Part shown: positions 22,205 to 32,279 of the stretch, piece by piece
How the letters are laid out: each line of letters opens with the position of its first letter
How positions within the stretch are numbered: the stretch's first letter is position 1
DNA from: Octopus bimaculoides
Taxonomy: Eukaryota
Reading direction: 5' to 3'
Assembly (NCBI RefSeq): GCF_001194135.2
Contig: NC_069003.1
Location: 33,969,780 to 34,002,058 of the forward strand
Length of the DNA: 32,279 bases
Program-made: the position numbers and the translations under genes
Notes under the pieces: model-generated
The model's input: the letters and a program-made list of their open reading frames with translations, nothing else
Databases searched by the model: none
Told to the model about the DNA's origin: nothing

Positions 22205-22510
22205 AGGCACATGGCCTACAGGTCAGGGTGTTGCACTCACAATTGCTAGATAGTGGGTTCAATTGCGGGACCAAGCTATGCATTGTGTTCTTGAGCAAAA
22301 CACTTCATTTCATGTTGCTCCAGTCTGCTTAGCTCTCAATGGTTAACCCTGTGATGGACTGGCTTTCTGGCCAGGAGAAACGTTGGCCTGATCACCTAGC
22401 CAATGGGGTGGCTTCATTCAGGAGCCAAAAATAATGCAAAGCACATTGTGACTAGTGATGTATAACTTGCAATAGTCTGGTCAATCACATGACCACGCAA
22501 TATATGCACA
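22205..22510 (+). mobile_element. tRNA-derived SINE of a further family, downstream of the gene B stop
   Basis: GGCACATGGCCT...GGTCAGGGTGTTGCACTCAC...GGGTTCAATT (A/B-box-like), then GCATTGTGTTCTTGAGCAAAACACTTCATTTCATGTTGCTCCAGTC. Confidence 0.65.
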
Positions 22511-22671
22511 CATGCACGCACACACACACACATAAATGCACATGCACACATATAATTATACAAACATACACATGCAGTCAATAATTCTTCACACAAACAA
22601 AAACAAAATGAAAAAAAAAAGAGATAAAAAAAAAAGTCAAACAAAGGTTTGAGAGATTGGTTGGAACTAGT

Positions 22672-23083
22672 TTAAATCAGATTGCAACCATTTTGTGTTG
22701 TGTCTGAAGAATCCTCAGCTTCACAAGCAGCTTCAGATTTTTTTTTTTTAGGATCCAAAGGTTTGGTCAGTGGATTCCCCCATTCCTCTTCTGGCGGTAA
22801 CTGTCTAAACCAACTTTTATTTTTATCAACATCAGGTGTGACTATAAGAAATAATTCCGTATGATTGTTGTTCAATTGTTCACAGAGATGGACGAGAAGC
22901 TCGTCATCGCTACCAATCTCAACCGGCGCCTTATTATTGGAGTCCAAACTGTAGTAGACGTTACTGATTTTCCTGATGGTAATCCAGTGCTTGCCTTGAG
23001 AAATGAGTTTCATGATTATGTTGCCACACGGAATGTTCAGTATAAAACCTTCGATATTCTCCAAAACTAAACATTTCAAATTC
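22672..23083 (-). CDS. Gene B coding exon 3 ([18 protein letters not shown]...GKHW...LDS...KSW plus a 45-aa tail ending [12 protein letters not shown])
   Basis: Acceptor CCACCAAG| is the first AG after a long pyrimidine tract. Contains the catalytic His and Asp. Confidence 0.92.
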
Positions 23084-24063
23084 CTTGGTGGCCAGTGCCA
23101 TGGGGAAGAATGTGATGAAAAATAAGAAAAAGAAGAAGAAAAAAAAGAAAAAAGAGAAACATGAGATAAGTTAGGATTGAGTCAGCGTTGATACATCAGA
23201 AAGACATGTAGAGACAATTAGGCCCAAAATTACACACACTTCAGCAAAAACACACACAAACAGACTCCCTCCCCCCACGAACAGTTTGACAGGATCTGGC
23301 CAGCCAGGGAGCTATCCGTTTACTACATATGTATAGATAAATGATAGAAAATAGAATGAATGACATCTTTTATCTAAAAATCACTACAATTGTTTTAACA
23401 CATTTTTACACCTGTAATACACCTGTGAGATGTTGTGTAATCTTGCATCCAAAATGTAAAATTCACTTCCTCAGGTGATTACTTAAATAAGTCTTTTGTT
23501 AGATCCTACAATCATTAATAGGAGCATTTCCACTGTATGATGACATCAGGTAGCCAATAACATTGGACAAGCTTTGCATAGCATTCTACAAGGATTTTAC
23601 CCAAATCTTAATATCTAATTATATATATATGAGACATAGAAAGAGTAAATACTAGAAAAATACATACCTTGTTTTGTTAAACCAGAGCATATCATAACCT
23701 TTTGATTGCACTGCTACCATGAGGACATTTATATCATAGTTCCCCACCGCAAATGTACTGCGGTAGGGATTAAAGATTTCTTTGGGGCATAATCTGGGAA
23801 CAAAGAAATAATTAGTGTTAATTAATGTATTATTATTGTTATCATCAGCATCATCATAATTATCATTCTCATCATTTCCATAACATGATTTCGAAACTCA
23901 GTTTGCTGAATTCAAGAATATGTTATATGAAGTTTAAACATGTGCTGATGAGGCCTACTCAGGTAGACGCATGTCCTCAGCTGTCTTATATATATATATA
24001 TAAATTTCAGGATCAAATAAAAAGACAACAAATGGAAAATATGACATACCTGTGTATGTGTGT

Positions 24064-24111
<48 letters not shown>

Positions 24112-24364
24112 AAAACGTATAGTAAATAAACATACCAACATATGCTAGATACACAGATGAACAAAAAACACAGAAGGCCACCGACCCCTCTTCAGTTATT
24201 GGCCAGAGAGTCGAGTGCAATTTCGGCCATTATCAATAATATTGCTTCCACTCTGGAGNNNNNNNNNNNNNNNNNNNNNNNNNNNNNNNNNNNNNNNNNN
24301 NNNNNNNNNNNNNNNNNNNNNNNNNNNNNNNNNNNNNNNNNNNNNNNNNNNNNNNNNNNNNNNN

Positions 24365-24405
<41 letters not shown>

Positions 24406-25917
24406 GATGGGCTTATTTCAGTTTTTGTCTATCAAATCCAGTCACAAGGCTTTGGCCAGCCCAAGGCTATAGATGAAGACATTTGCCCAAGGTGTCATGC
24501 AGTGTGACTGAACCTGGAACCATGTGGTTCAGAAGCAAGCTTCTTACCACACAACTACACCAGCAATTATAACAGCCTATGTATCCATATCACACACACA
24601 CACACACACACAATCAACTCCCCACCTTAAAGCTAGTCAACCAAGCCTACTCGACATACCTGTCGCCACTTTTCTTCCCCACCCCACCCACCGACATTGT
24701 GCATGTGTGTTTCTTCTACGTAGACCCTGTCTAATCACTATACCCAATCATTTCTCCCCAGGACATCATTCCACTGACGTTTCCACAATGCTGATGATTT
24801 CTCTACTACCATCAATGTAATTTCAGAGTGACTGTGAAGGCCATGGGAACCACCAGACCAGACCAGACCATTAAAGAAATCATATCAATGGCACTAAATG
24901 AGATGTCGCAGCTGGCATTTTCTTTAAAACCAAACACTGGACCGAACACAGAATACATATTCAAAGAGTTTCATTTGTTCCAATAAGCACAAAGGCAAAA
25001 ACAAATTCTTCATATTAAGGTGAATCGTCAAACAGTATCCAGTGAAACCAAATTCCATTCTTCTAGCAAATGGTTTGGTGCATCCAGACTGGAAGGGAAA
25101 TAATTAGAAGCAGGAATCGAAATAGAAAACTCAAAGAATAGGTCACTCAAGATCTCGTTTCCCACAGGTGTGAATTCACCTCTTAAAAGATACCTCTAAT
25201 ATACATTCATACCAGTTTTGTATATCTAAGCACCTACAGGTGCAAACTCACCTCACAAAAGGTACCTCTCACACACACACACACTCACTTATATAGAGGA
25301 TGTATAGTTTAGCTCCGACAGGTGTGAACTCACTTCCTAGAAGATACACATTTCATATAAATTCGTACAGGTGTTGCATATCTTAGCTCCTACAGGTGCA
25401 AACTCCCCTTGCAGAAGATACACCTCCCACATGCATTCATATATGTGTAGCATGTTTCAGCTCCTGCAGACATGCAACACGTATTGGAAAAGACATCCAC
25501 ACCTACAAATATGTATAAGGGTTGTATATTTACCTACAGGTATGCAGACATCATCATCATCATCAATGTTCCATGCTGGCATGGGTTGGACAAGTGGGTT
25601 GACAGGATCTGCCAAGGCCAAAGACTGCATTGCGCTCCAGTATCTGTTTTGGTATAGTTTCTACAGCTGGAGGCCCTTTCTAACACACGTAATATAAAAC
25701 ACATACATACACACATACACACTCACACATACATACATACACAGGTGTTGTATATTTACCTTGTACAGATATTATCCAAATCCTTTTTAGTGAAGGCATT
25801 ACCATCTTGGAACAAGTTGTTGAGTGCATGAAGGCCGCACAGTTGCAGCCTTTGCGTCTCATGGTAAATTTTAGGTGGGGTGTTATTCACTGTGTTTCCA
25901 GAAAACTGAAACTCCAT
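22672..25917 (-). CDS. Josephin-domain deubiquitinase paralogue B (JOSD1/2-like), complement(join(22672..23083,23668..23793,25760..25917)), 231 aa, C-terminal CaaX (CNLI)
   Basis: The spliced ORF is 696 nt with two phase-2 GT-AG introns. Motifs are [20 protein letters not shown] (Q22, C27), [20 protein letters not shown] (H127) and LDS (D142). An in-frame TAA lies a few codons upstream of the ATG. Confidence 0.94.
23668..23793 (-). CDS. Gene B coding exon 2 ([41 protein letters not shown]), absent from the ORF track
   Basis: Acceptor TTTCTTTGTTCCCAG| and donor AG|GTATGT. 126 nt, phase 2-2. Confidence 0.94.
24405..24570 (-). mobile_element. CORE-like SINE in intron 1 of gene B
   Basis: Reverse complement of the 21765 family (…AAGCTTGCTTCTGAACCACATGGTTCCAGGTTCAGTCACACTGCATGACACCTTGGGCAAATGTCTT…). 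Confidence 0.75.
25160..25540 (-). repeat. ~75-80-bp tandem repeat, about 5 units, in intron 1 of gene B; one homologous unit starts intron 1 of gene A (9615-9693)
   Basis: Unit close to AGATATGCAACACCTGTA.GAAT…GTGTATCTTCT…GAGGTGAGTTCACACCTGTAGGAGCTA, aligned by hand. Confidence 0.85.
25548..25687 (-). mobile_element. SINE/LINE 3' tail with (GAT)n end
   Basis: Minus strand reads GTTAGAAAGGGCCTCCAGCTGTAGAAACTATACC…CAACCCATGCCAGCATGGAACATTGATGATGATG. Confidence 0.65.
25760..25917 (-). CDS. Gene B coding exon 1 ([53 protein letters not shown]); this frame is absent from the ORF track
   Basis: Catalytic-Cys motif. Donor AG|GTAAAT at 25759. Probable 5'UTR acceptor TTCCTTATCTTTACAG| near 26181. 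Confidence 0.94.
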
Positions 25918-26313
25918 GCCGATGTTAATGTGTTATTTGGTTTTGTTGCATTGGTTGGTGTTTAGCTGATGTTGCCGTGGGGTCTTGCAGCTGACATGCA
26001 CATCCAAGAGAGCACGGATACTCCTTTTGTTAGATTCAACATAGAAGCTTTATAAATATATTTGAAAGTCTTCACAAAATTATTCGTGAGAACAGTCAAA
26101 AAACACACATATATATGTACTCATGCAGATCTGTTTCTTGCTGGTTTCAGATAAACTGTCGTTGTGAGACCAGGTCAAGTTTTGAATAGCTGTAAAGATA
26201 AGGAATAATAATAAATTAAGATTTACATACTAAATATATATACATAAAAAAAAACTATAACAACATATATTGTTCCAAAAAAAAAAAACTATAACAATAT
26301 ATACTGTGATATA

Positions 26314-26378
26314 TTCCTCGAATGCTTATAAAATTTTTATGACGTCAACTAATATATATGAGTGTGTGTGTGTGTGTG

Positions 26379-26423
<45 letters not shown>

Positions 26424-26586
26424 TCGAAATACGGGAGTAGAAAAACAGCCAATAACTGATGAAGGGTCGTTCTTTGTGTTGTTTGTCTTGTTCTCCATTT
26501 GTGTCGTTCGTTGTTCGAAAAAATAGTTCGTATTCCATGTACTCGTACTTCGTATCTTTTGTTGTACACGTTTTGTGACGTCCTGT

Positions 26587-26590
<4 letters not shown>
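26314..26590 (+). repeat. Direct repeat, copy 1 (partner at 29707-29915)
   Basis: About 58 nt shared with 3 mismatches (TTCCTCGAATGCTTATAAAAT.TTTATG.CGTCAACTAATATATAT.AGTGTGTG), then (TA)n, then related CTGATGAAGGG…ACGTCCTGT segments. Confidence 0.75.
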
Positions 26591-26639
<49 letters not shown>

Positions 26640-27469
26640 CATACATATATATATATGAAGGGAGAGAGAGGTACGTCTATGTCTGCGTATAGATACATCC
26701 GCTGTCAGAAGGAGTACTCGAAACCATAGCAGATAGAGATTAATAATGTTTTCATTTTGGTCGCGGTGCAGTATTTATAAACATACACACGCGTATGCGT
26801 AAGTATGTGTTTCCCCATGCGTGTGTCTGCGGAGTTTTAGAATACGCGTCACGAAGACTTATACCACCTGGTTCCAGAAGTGGGAAGCAAAAATATAAAA
26901 CATTAAAACTTTTAACGATTTTTTTTCTTTTCTCTTTTTTCACCTCAGAAACAATCTAATTTAATTCCCGTTTTGTAAAACCCAGCAATAGTAATACATA
27001 GAAGGAGGACTTTAAAAACTACCCTTTTGTTTTCCCATAAACTATTGTATTTGAACGAATGAACTGTTCCTGATGTTCGTCCATAGACGTGTGTGCGTGT
27101 GTACAGTTGAGCATTTAAAATATTTATGAAACAACAATCTGTATGTAGTTATTAAAACAGGGATGGACACAGGTTATATATCAGGTTTTCTAACTCTCTA
27201 CGCCACACACACACAAACATACGTTCGAATATTTCGTATTTAGACAGCCAATGTTAAAATACAAAGAGAAAATCTCATAGATGCCAAAAACACATGGAAG
27301 GTTTTTCACGCGCGTGCTTAGTACATGACAAACGAACACGTACGGGTAGGCACATATAAACACTGATGGCCACCCCGTATAAGACTATTTCATACATACC
27401 CTTTATACACGACTCTCTAGCGCAGAATCGACTGTAGAACACATACATATTTCTGATACGTGCAAGTTT

Positions 27470-27531
27470 ATGGCGATGCTCCAGCAAGGCCGCAGTCTAA
27501 TGACTGAAACAAGTAAAAGAATAAAAGAATA
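27470..27531 (+). mobile_element. SINE 3' tail
   Basis: GGCGATGCTCCAGCAAGGCCGCAGTCTAATGACTGAAACAAGTAAAAGAATAAAAGAATA matches 4806-4862. Confidence 0.7.
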
Positions 27532-27897
27532 TATGCACACACACACACACCTCTTGCACACACAGAAAAGTCAAGAGCGTGTTTAAGGAAAGAAAAAAAA
27601 AAGTGCGAGATACAGAAAGAGGAAAGAGTATTTACAATTGAATATTGTTTACCATCAGCTGCAGCGATTGATTGTCTTTTGGTTTGTCTTCTGGTGCAAG
27701 AATTCGTTGCCTTAGACAATAATATAGTCCTAGATACTCAGTCTCTTACATAAACAGGGGTAACGCCTAGAATATCTTAGTTTCCCTGCTTATATAGAGA
27801 CACACATAACACCACCACCACTGGTATTAACTACACATACAACTCTGCTATGTAACCCCTTCCGCATTCTATTTATGTACCCGACCCATCTATCCCT

Positions 27898-27970
<73 letters not shown>

Positions 27971-28379
27971 CGCCTTTTTTTATCGCATCATCTAAGATTT
28001 TTCGAAACTTTTTTTTTTAATTTTCCTATCAAGACAAATCTCTCATGATGTTGCCACCACCCCAAAGAAGAAGCTTCGTCCCGGGGCCCAGGAAGAAATC
28101 AACAACGAAGGAAATAAAAGAAAAGAGAGCAAATAAATGAGACACGAAAAGTAGGTTAGGAAGAACAACAAAAAACATTCCAAAGAGAAATGGTGCAACT
28201 GCACCGATATCTTTGTTACACCTGGAGCGAAGCCAGGATAACATGAAATCATAAGAGCTTGTTACCTTTTCATCTACGATGAACCGAATATGGGTCGCAG
28301 CAGTCTTGTGTATTAATATGTTGGTTCATTTCAAAGGATGCAAAAACATCAGCACCAGTTTCTTTACCTACCGTTTTAG

Positions 28380-28550
28380 GAGGTACTATATACGTGGTCA
28401 CCCTATACGCAAGAAATAGCAACCGAATTTCCTCAAATTACACCATGCCTTCTCAGAAAAGGAGAAGACACATTATACAACGTTCTCTTAGGTACACTAT
28501 GTCTGAGTAAAAGTTAGGATGGTCATAGCTGGAACGCATTTGATCATCGC
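28380..28550 (-). mobile_element. Interspersed repeat fragment (SINE-like)
   Basis: Minus strand contains GCGTTCCAGCTATGACCATCC, related to GTGTTCCAGCCGTGACTACCCC at 7729-7750. Confidence 0.45.
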
Positions 28551-29706
28551 TCTTCTGGTTCCGAGATCGATCTCACCGCGCGTCAACTTGCGGAACTATT
28601 TTTTAACATAGCTTCGGGTTATAATCAAATGCCTCGTGAGTGAAATTCGATAGATGAATGTTCGTCGTATATATATGTGTGTATATATATATCGTGTTTG
28701 AATTTTTCACAACAGCGAAAGTTGTAGACCTCAATGAGAAAACTGATAAACGGTGCTTTCGAACGAAAATACCTTATGTTATATATTCCGCCCTTGTTGC
28801 ACTGACTACTTCTTTATCAGTCCCTCCCTCTCTTTCTCTGTCTCTCTATTTATCTATCTATATTATCTGTCTATCTGTCTTGCAAAAACGAAATACCATG
28901 AACCACTCAGTAGTCTGTTGAAAACCTAAACCCAACGACGCTATTGTTCACCAAATACATGATATAATATTAAAAAATATATAAGCAAATAATAGATGGA
29001 AAAATAGACAATAGAGAGATAGAGTGCACCTGAGCACAGTATACAACAATTTCTTTCATATATTTCATAGATAGGTAGAGTGAAAACAGGTTAATGGTCT
29101 TTATTTAATTATGCTTTTTCTTGGAAGTGAATAATTTTAGATAGTTTTAAAAATAAATTAGGTTATGATATATAATATAGTTTATGATTCCATCGCTTAT
29201 TAAGCCACGTCACAGTCTTAGTTTTTCTCATAGCAGTCACAGAATAACACAGTTATCTCCCCTCCCATTTCGCTTCCACGCTTGACGTTAATTAATGGCT
29301 AAAGGCGTTAATTAAAAGTTCTCTTATAATTAATTGTTCTATATCCGTATGAAAACAGAGGTTCTTCTGTCTTCAGTAGACGTTAGGGTGAACAAAAATA
29401 TTCACTGACGTTCTCTCCAGTGAAAAAAAACGCAATTTTTTAAATATTTATTGAAATAGTTATGTCATATAACAAGAGAAAGAAAGAAAGTAAATAAAAG
29501 AAATATATACAACACCGGATGTCTTATCCGGCTTCCAGAAATCCGGAAATACTGTGCTGTACCCTGTATCGAATTAACAGACGTTAGTTTTGAAATTGGT
29601 TAATTTATATACGGTGCGTTAAAAATAGTTTGGAATGTGATAGGAAGAGAGAAAGAGAAACTTTATAGCTTTATGTGCTTCGAGATCTACTGTTCCCCAA
29701 AAAATT

Positions 29707-29753
29707 TTCCTCGAATGCTTATAAAATCTTTATGTCGTCAACTAATATATATA

Positions 29754-29808
<55 letters not shown>

Positions 29809-29915
29809 GTCTAGATAGAATAGAGACAGCTGATGAAGGGATATTCCAAGTGGCTTTCCGTTTTCCTATGTGTTCGTTCCGTTGTCTGTAGTTTATTGTT
29901 CTAACGTCCTGTACC
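29707..29915 (+). repeat. Direct repeat, copy 2 (partner at 26314-26590)
   Basis: See copy 1. Confidence 0.75.
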
Positions 29916-29993
29916 CTGATATGCATGTATATACACATGTAGATGTAAGTATGTACATATATGTGTGTATACATGTATATATATTCTTTGTAT

Positions 29994-30032
<39 letters not shown>

Positions 30033-30115
30033 GTCAAAAAATCCATAAATCCGGAAACAATGCACTCGTACATCTGCCAGTAGAGTGGGTGTATTAATCG
30101 AAGTGAAGAGAATTA

Positions 30116-30273
30116 TATATCCATTACGATCGATCTTACCAATCGATTTCGCACTAGGGGTTCAACAGGCTGTTAGGTAACTATCCAATTATGTCACCCT
30201 GCGCTCTTCAGAGATGACAGATATGGAACCCCTAATGTGAAACCGATTGGTAAAATCTGCCGTAATGGATATA
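30116..30273. mobile_element. MITE-like hairpin element, 48-bp TIRs, TA-flanked
   Basis: TATATCCATTACGATCGATCTTACCAATCGATTTCGCACTAGGGGTTC versus reverse complement TATATCCATTACGGCAGATTTTACCAATCGGTTTCACATTAGGGGTTC (41/48). Confidence 0.8.
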
Positions 30274-31384
30274 TAATACTGTGTATATTTCGATTTATAT
30301 ATATATATATATAAGGTTGAGGAGGGTATTGGATTTAACCAGTAAGTGCTGTATACCGATTAGTTTGCCCCAGTCGTTGTATGAACAGGATTGGGGATTA
30401 TAAGTCGTGTATTAGCGTGTGTATATGTAAATATATAAAAATAAAAAGATAAAGAGAGCAATGGTAAGGTTGGAGAAATATTACCATTGCTCTCTTTATC
30501 TTTTTATTTTTATATATTTACACACACACACACACAAATATATNNNNNNNNNNNNNNNNNNNNNNNNNNNNNNNNNNNNNNNNNNNNNNNNNNNNNNNNN
30601 NNNNNNNNNNNNNNNNNNNNNNNNNNNNNNNNNNNNNNNNNNNNNNNNNNNNNNNNNNNNNNNNNNNNNNNNNNNNNNNNNNNNNNNNNNNNNNNNNNNN
30701 NNNNNNNNNNNNNNNNNNNNNNNNNNNNNNNNNNNNNNNNNNNNNNNNNNNNNNNNNNNNNNNNNNNNNNNNNNNNNNNNNNNNNNNNNNNNNNNNNNNN
30801 NNNNNNNNNNNNNNNNNNNNNNNNNNNNNNNNNNNNNNNNNNNNNNNNNNNNNNNNNNNNNNNNNNNNNNNNNNNNNNNNNNNNNNNNNNNNNNNNNNNN
30901 NNNNNNNNNNNNNNNNNNNNNNNNNNNNNNNNNNNNNNNNNNNNNNNNNNNNNNNNNNNNNNNNGAATGGCTCTGAGGGTCCACTCAAGGAAAATAGAAA
31001 TCAAAGCAGACCATAAGAAAAAATTAGTTGAGAATCACGGAATAAGAGTAATGTTTCCAAACCTTTTCGCAAATTCAGCACTTCTTTGATTTAAACAAGC
31101 CGACTCGACCAGTACCCCTTCCGTAAATCTTTTGTAGTAACATTGAAAAGTAGGTATGGCTTAATTAATATTAACCAGAGTCTCCCTGAGCGGAGTTAAC
31201 ATCCTATATAGGAAAGAGTTAAATAGAATCACGTCGATAGGCGAGAGGACAAACTTTCGTTATTTATTTATTTTTTTGTTTATCTTATTATTATTTTGTT
31301 TTTGAAAAAAAATATTTTTGTTGTTTATATTTTCTCTTCCTGTTTCTGTATTTGTTTAAATACGTTATAAAATAACTAGATGTA

Positions 31385-31575
31385 TTCTTTTCTGCTCTAG
31401 GTACAAGGCCCGAAATTTTGCGGGGAGCGGGGGGTCAGGCGGTTAGACCTACCCCAGTAGGCAACTGGTACTTAATTTATCGACCCCTGAAAGGATGAAA
31501 GACAAAGTCGACCTCGAACGTAAAGACAGACGAAATACCTCTAAGCATTTCTGCCAGTTCGCCGATCTGCATCAC
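31385..31575 (-). mobile_element. Octopus-type SINE
   Basis: Reverse complement of the 16930 family (CAACTGGTACTTAATTTATCGACCCCTGAAAGGATGAAAGACAAAGTCGACCTCG). Confidence 0.8.
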
Positions 31576-31699
31576 TTCTCCATCTCTACAAGACGTGGTA
31601 GTCGTAATCCCTGGACGATCCTGTGCAGCAAGAAGAAAAAAACCTTTCGGCAATTCGGTCATTATCAACTTTTATAGATAGTGACGCTAAAGACGAATT

Positions 31700-32279
31700 A
31701 AGTTTGTTTCTGCTCCGAATGGCGATGCTCTGAAAACAGTGGTCTGTTGCCGCCTCTGCTGAAGTCTGCTTCCTTTCTTTTTTCTTCTCACTTTCCTATT
31801 CTTCACGAAGGGCCCTCAGCGCCCTTTCCTTCTATGCATATAATAACAGAGCACTAAGCTTCTGCACCACCAGTTTGATCCATTTTCTATCCATTCCCTC
31901 AATGGGAAACATATCCGGGTTGACTGTGTTGTCTTGGCGGTCCATTACGAGCTAAATATCCATAAATACCACCATCTCACCTGACCGAGCATTGTTGCAG
32001 ACCACCTCTATGTTCATCATATGCCCATAATGTTGCGTAAATGTGTTGACGACCCATTGGTCGCCGTACATATCAATATCTTTGATTGAGAAACCATTTT
32101 GTAGGGAGACACACGTGATACAACAGTCCTGCATATCTTTTCGCCTTGTTCTTAATCTTAAACACCAGGCACACGCTTCTATATGCCTGGTCCTGATCGA
32201 ACTATACATCAGCTAGGGTTCTCCTTTGGTTCTTCTTGAGTTGGTGGGAGTGGGGTGAGTGTTACATTTTGTAGGTGTA
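31700..32279 (-). mobile_element. Degenerate coding relic, possibly LINE ORF1
   Basis: Codon-like frames broken by stops and a frameshift: FDQDQAYRSVCLVFKIKNKAKRYAG… / …IDMYGDQWVVNTFTQHYGHMMNIEVV…MFPIEGMDRKWIKLVVQKL…REE*ESEKKKERKQ. No diagnostic motif, so the family assignment is tentative. Confidence 0.4.

Noticed and set aside
22672-22686. A-to-I recoding of the CaaX codons (e.g. ATT Ile to GTT Val in B) switching prenyl type
   Set aside because: This is plausible in a cephalopod, but nothing in the DNA alone supports editing at these sites.
25020-25102. Minus-strand acceptor TTTCCCTTCCAG| in intron 1 of B
   Set aside because: The phase-compatible frame ([12 protein letters not shown]…V*) is not Josephin-like and hits a stop. 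It cannot be supported as an exon without RNA data.
1-32279. CRISPR arrays, rRNA or intact tRNA genes; long ORFs containing X or YI/CV/HT/RE runs
   Set aside because: This is eukaryotic DNA and the tandem repeats lack unique spacers. The tRNA-like boxes belong to SINE heads, and those ORFs come from N-gaps and microsatellites.

Overview
AT-rich, microsatellite- and repeat-dense animal genomic DNA with nine assembly gaps. The repeat complement suggests an octopod cephalopod, probably Octopus; this is inferred from recalled SINE-like sequences, not from a search. Manual splicing recovers two complete three-coding-exon Josephin-family (JOSD1/2-like, MJD class) deubiquitinase genes arranged tail-to-tail. 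Gene A is on +, join(9484..9614,10676..10789,14474..14948), 239 aa. Gene B is on -, join(25917..25760,23793..23668,23083..22672), 231 aa. Both keep the Gln/Cys-His-Asp catalytic set. Unlike vertebrate JOSD1/2, both carry a 45-72 aa C-terminal extension ending in a CaaX prenylation box (GCNLL*, GCNLI*). The paralogues are old, with half of the shared exon-1 codons synonymously changed. Even so, they share an 88%-identical 51-nt CaaX/stop/3'UTR cassette and an ~75-bp intron-1 element containing a consensus 5' splice site. A hammerhead ribozyme with an intact core lies between the two genes. The rest is transposon debris (maT DD37D, R4/Dong, Penelope, Helitron-like, hAT, Tc1/pogo MITEs, SINEs, LINE ORF1-like) and simple repeats. 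Most ORFs in the supplied track are artefacts of microsatellites or N-gaps.
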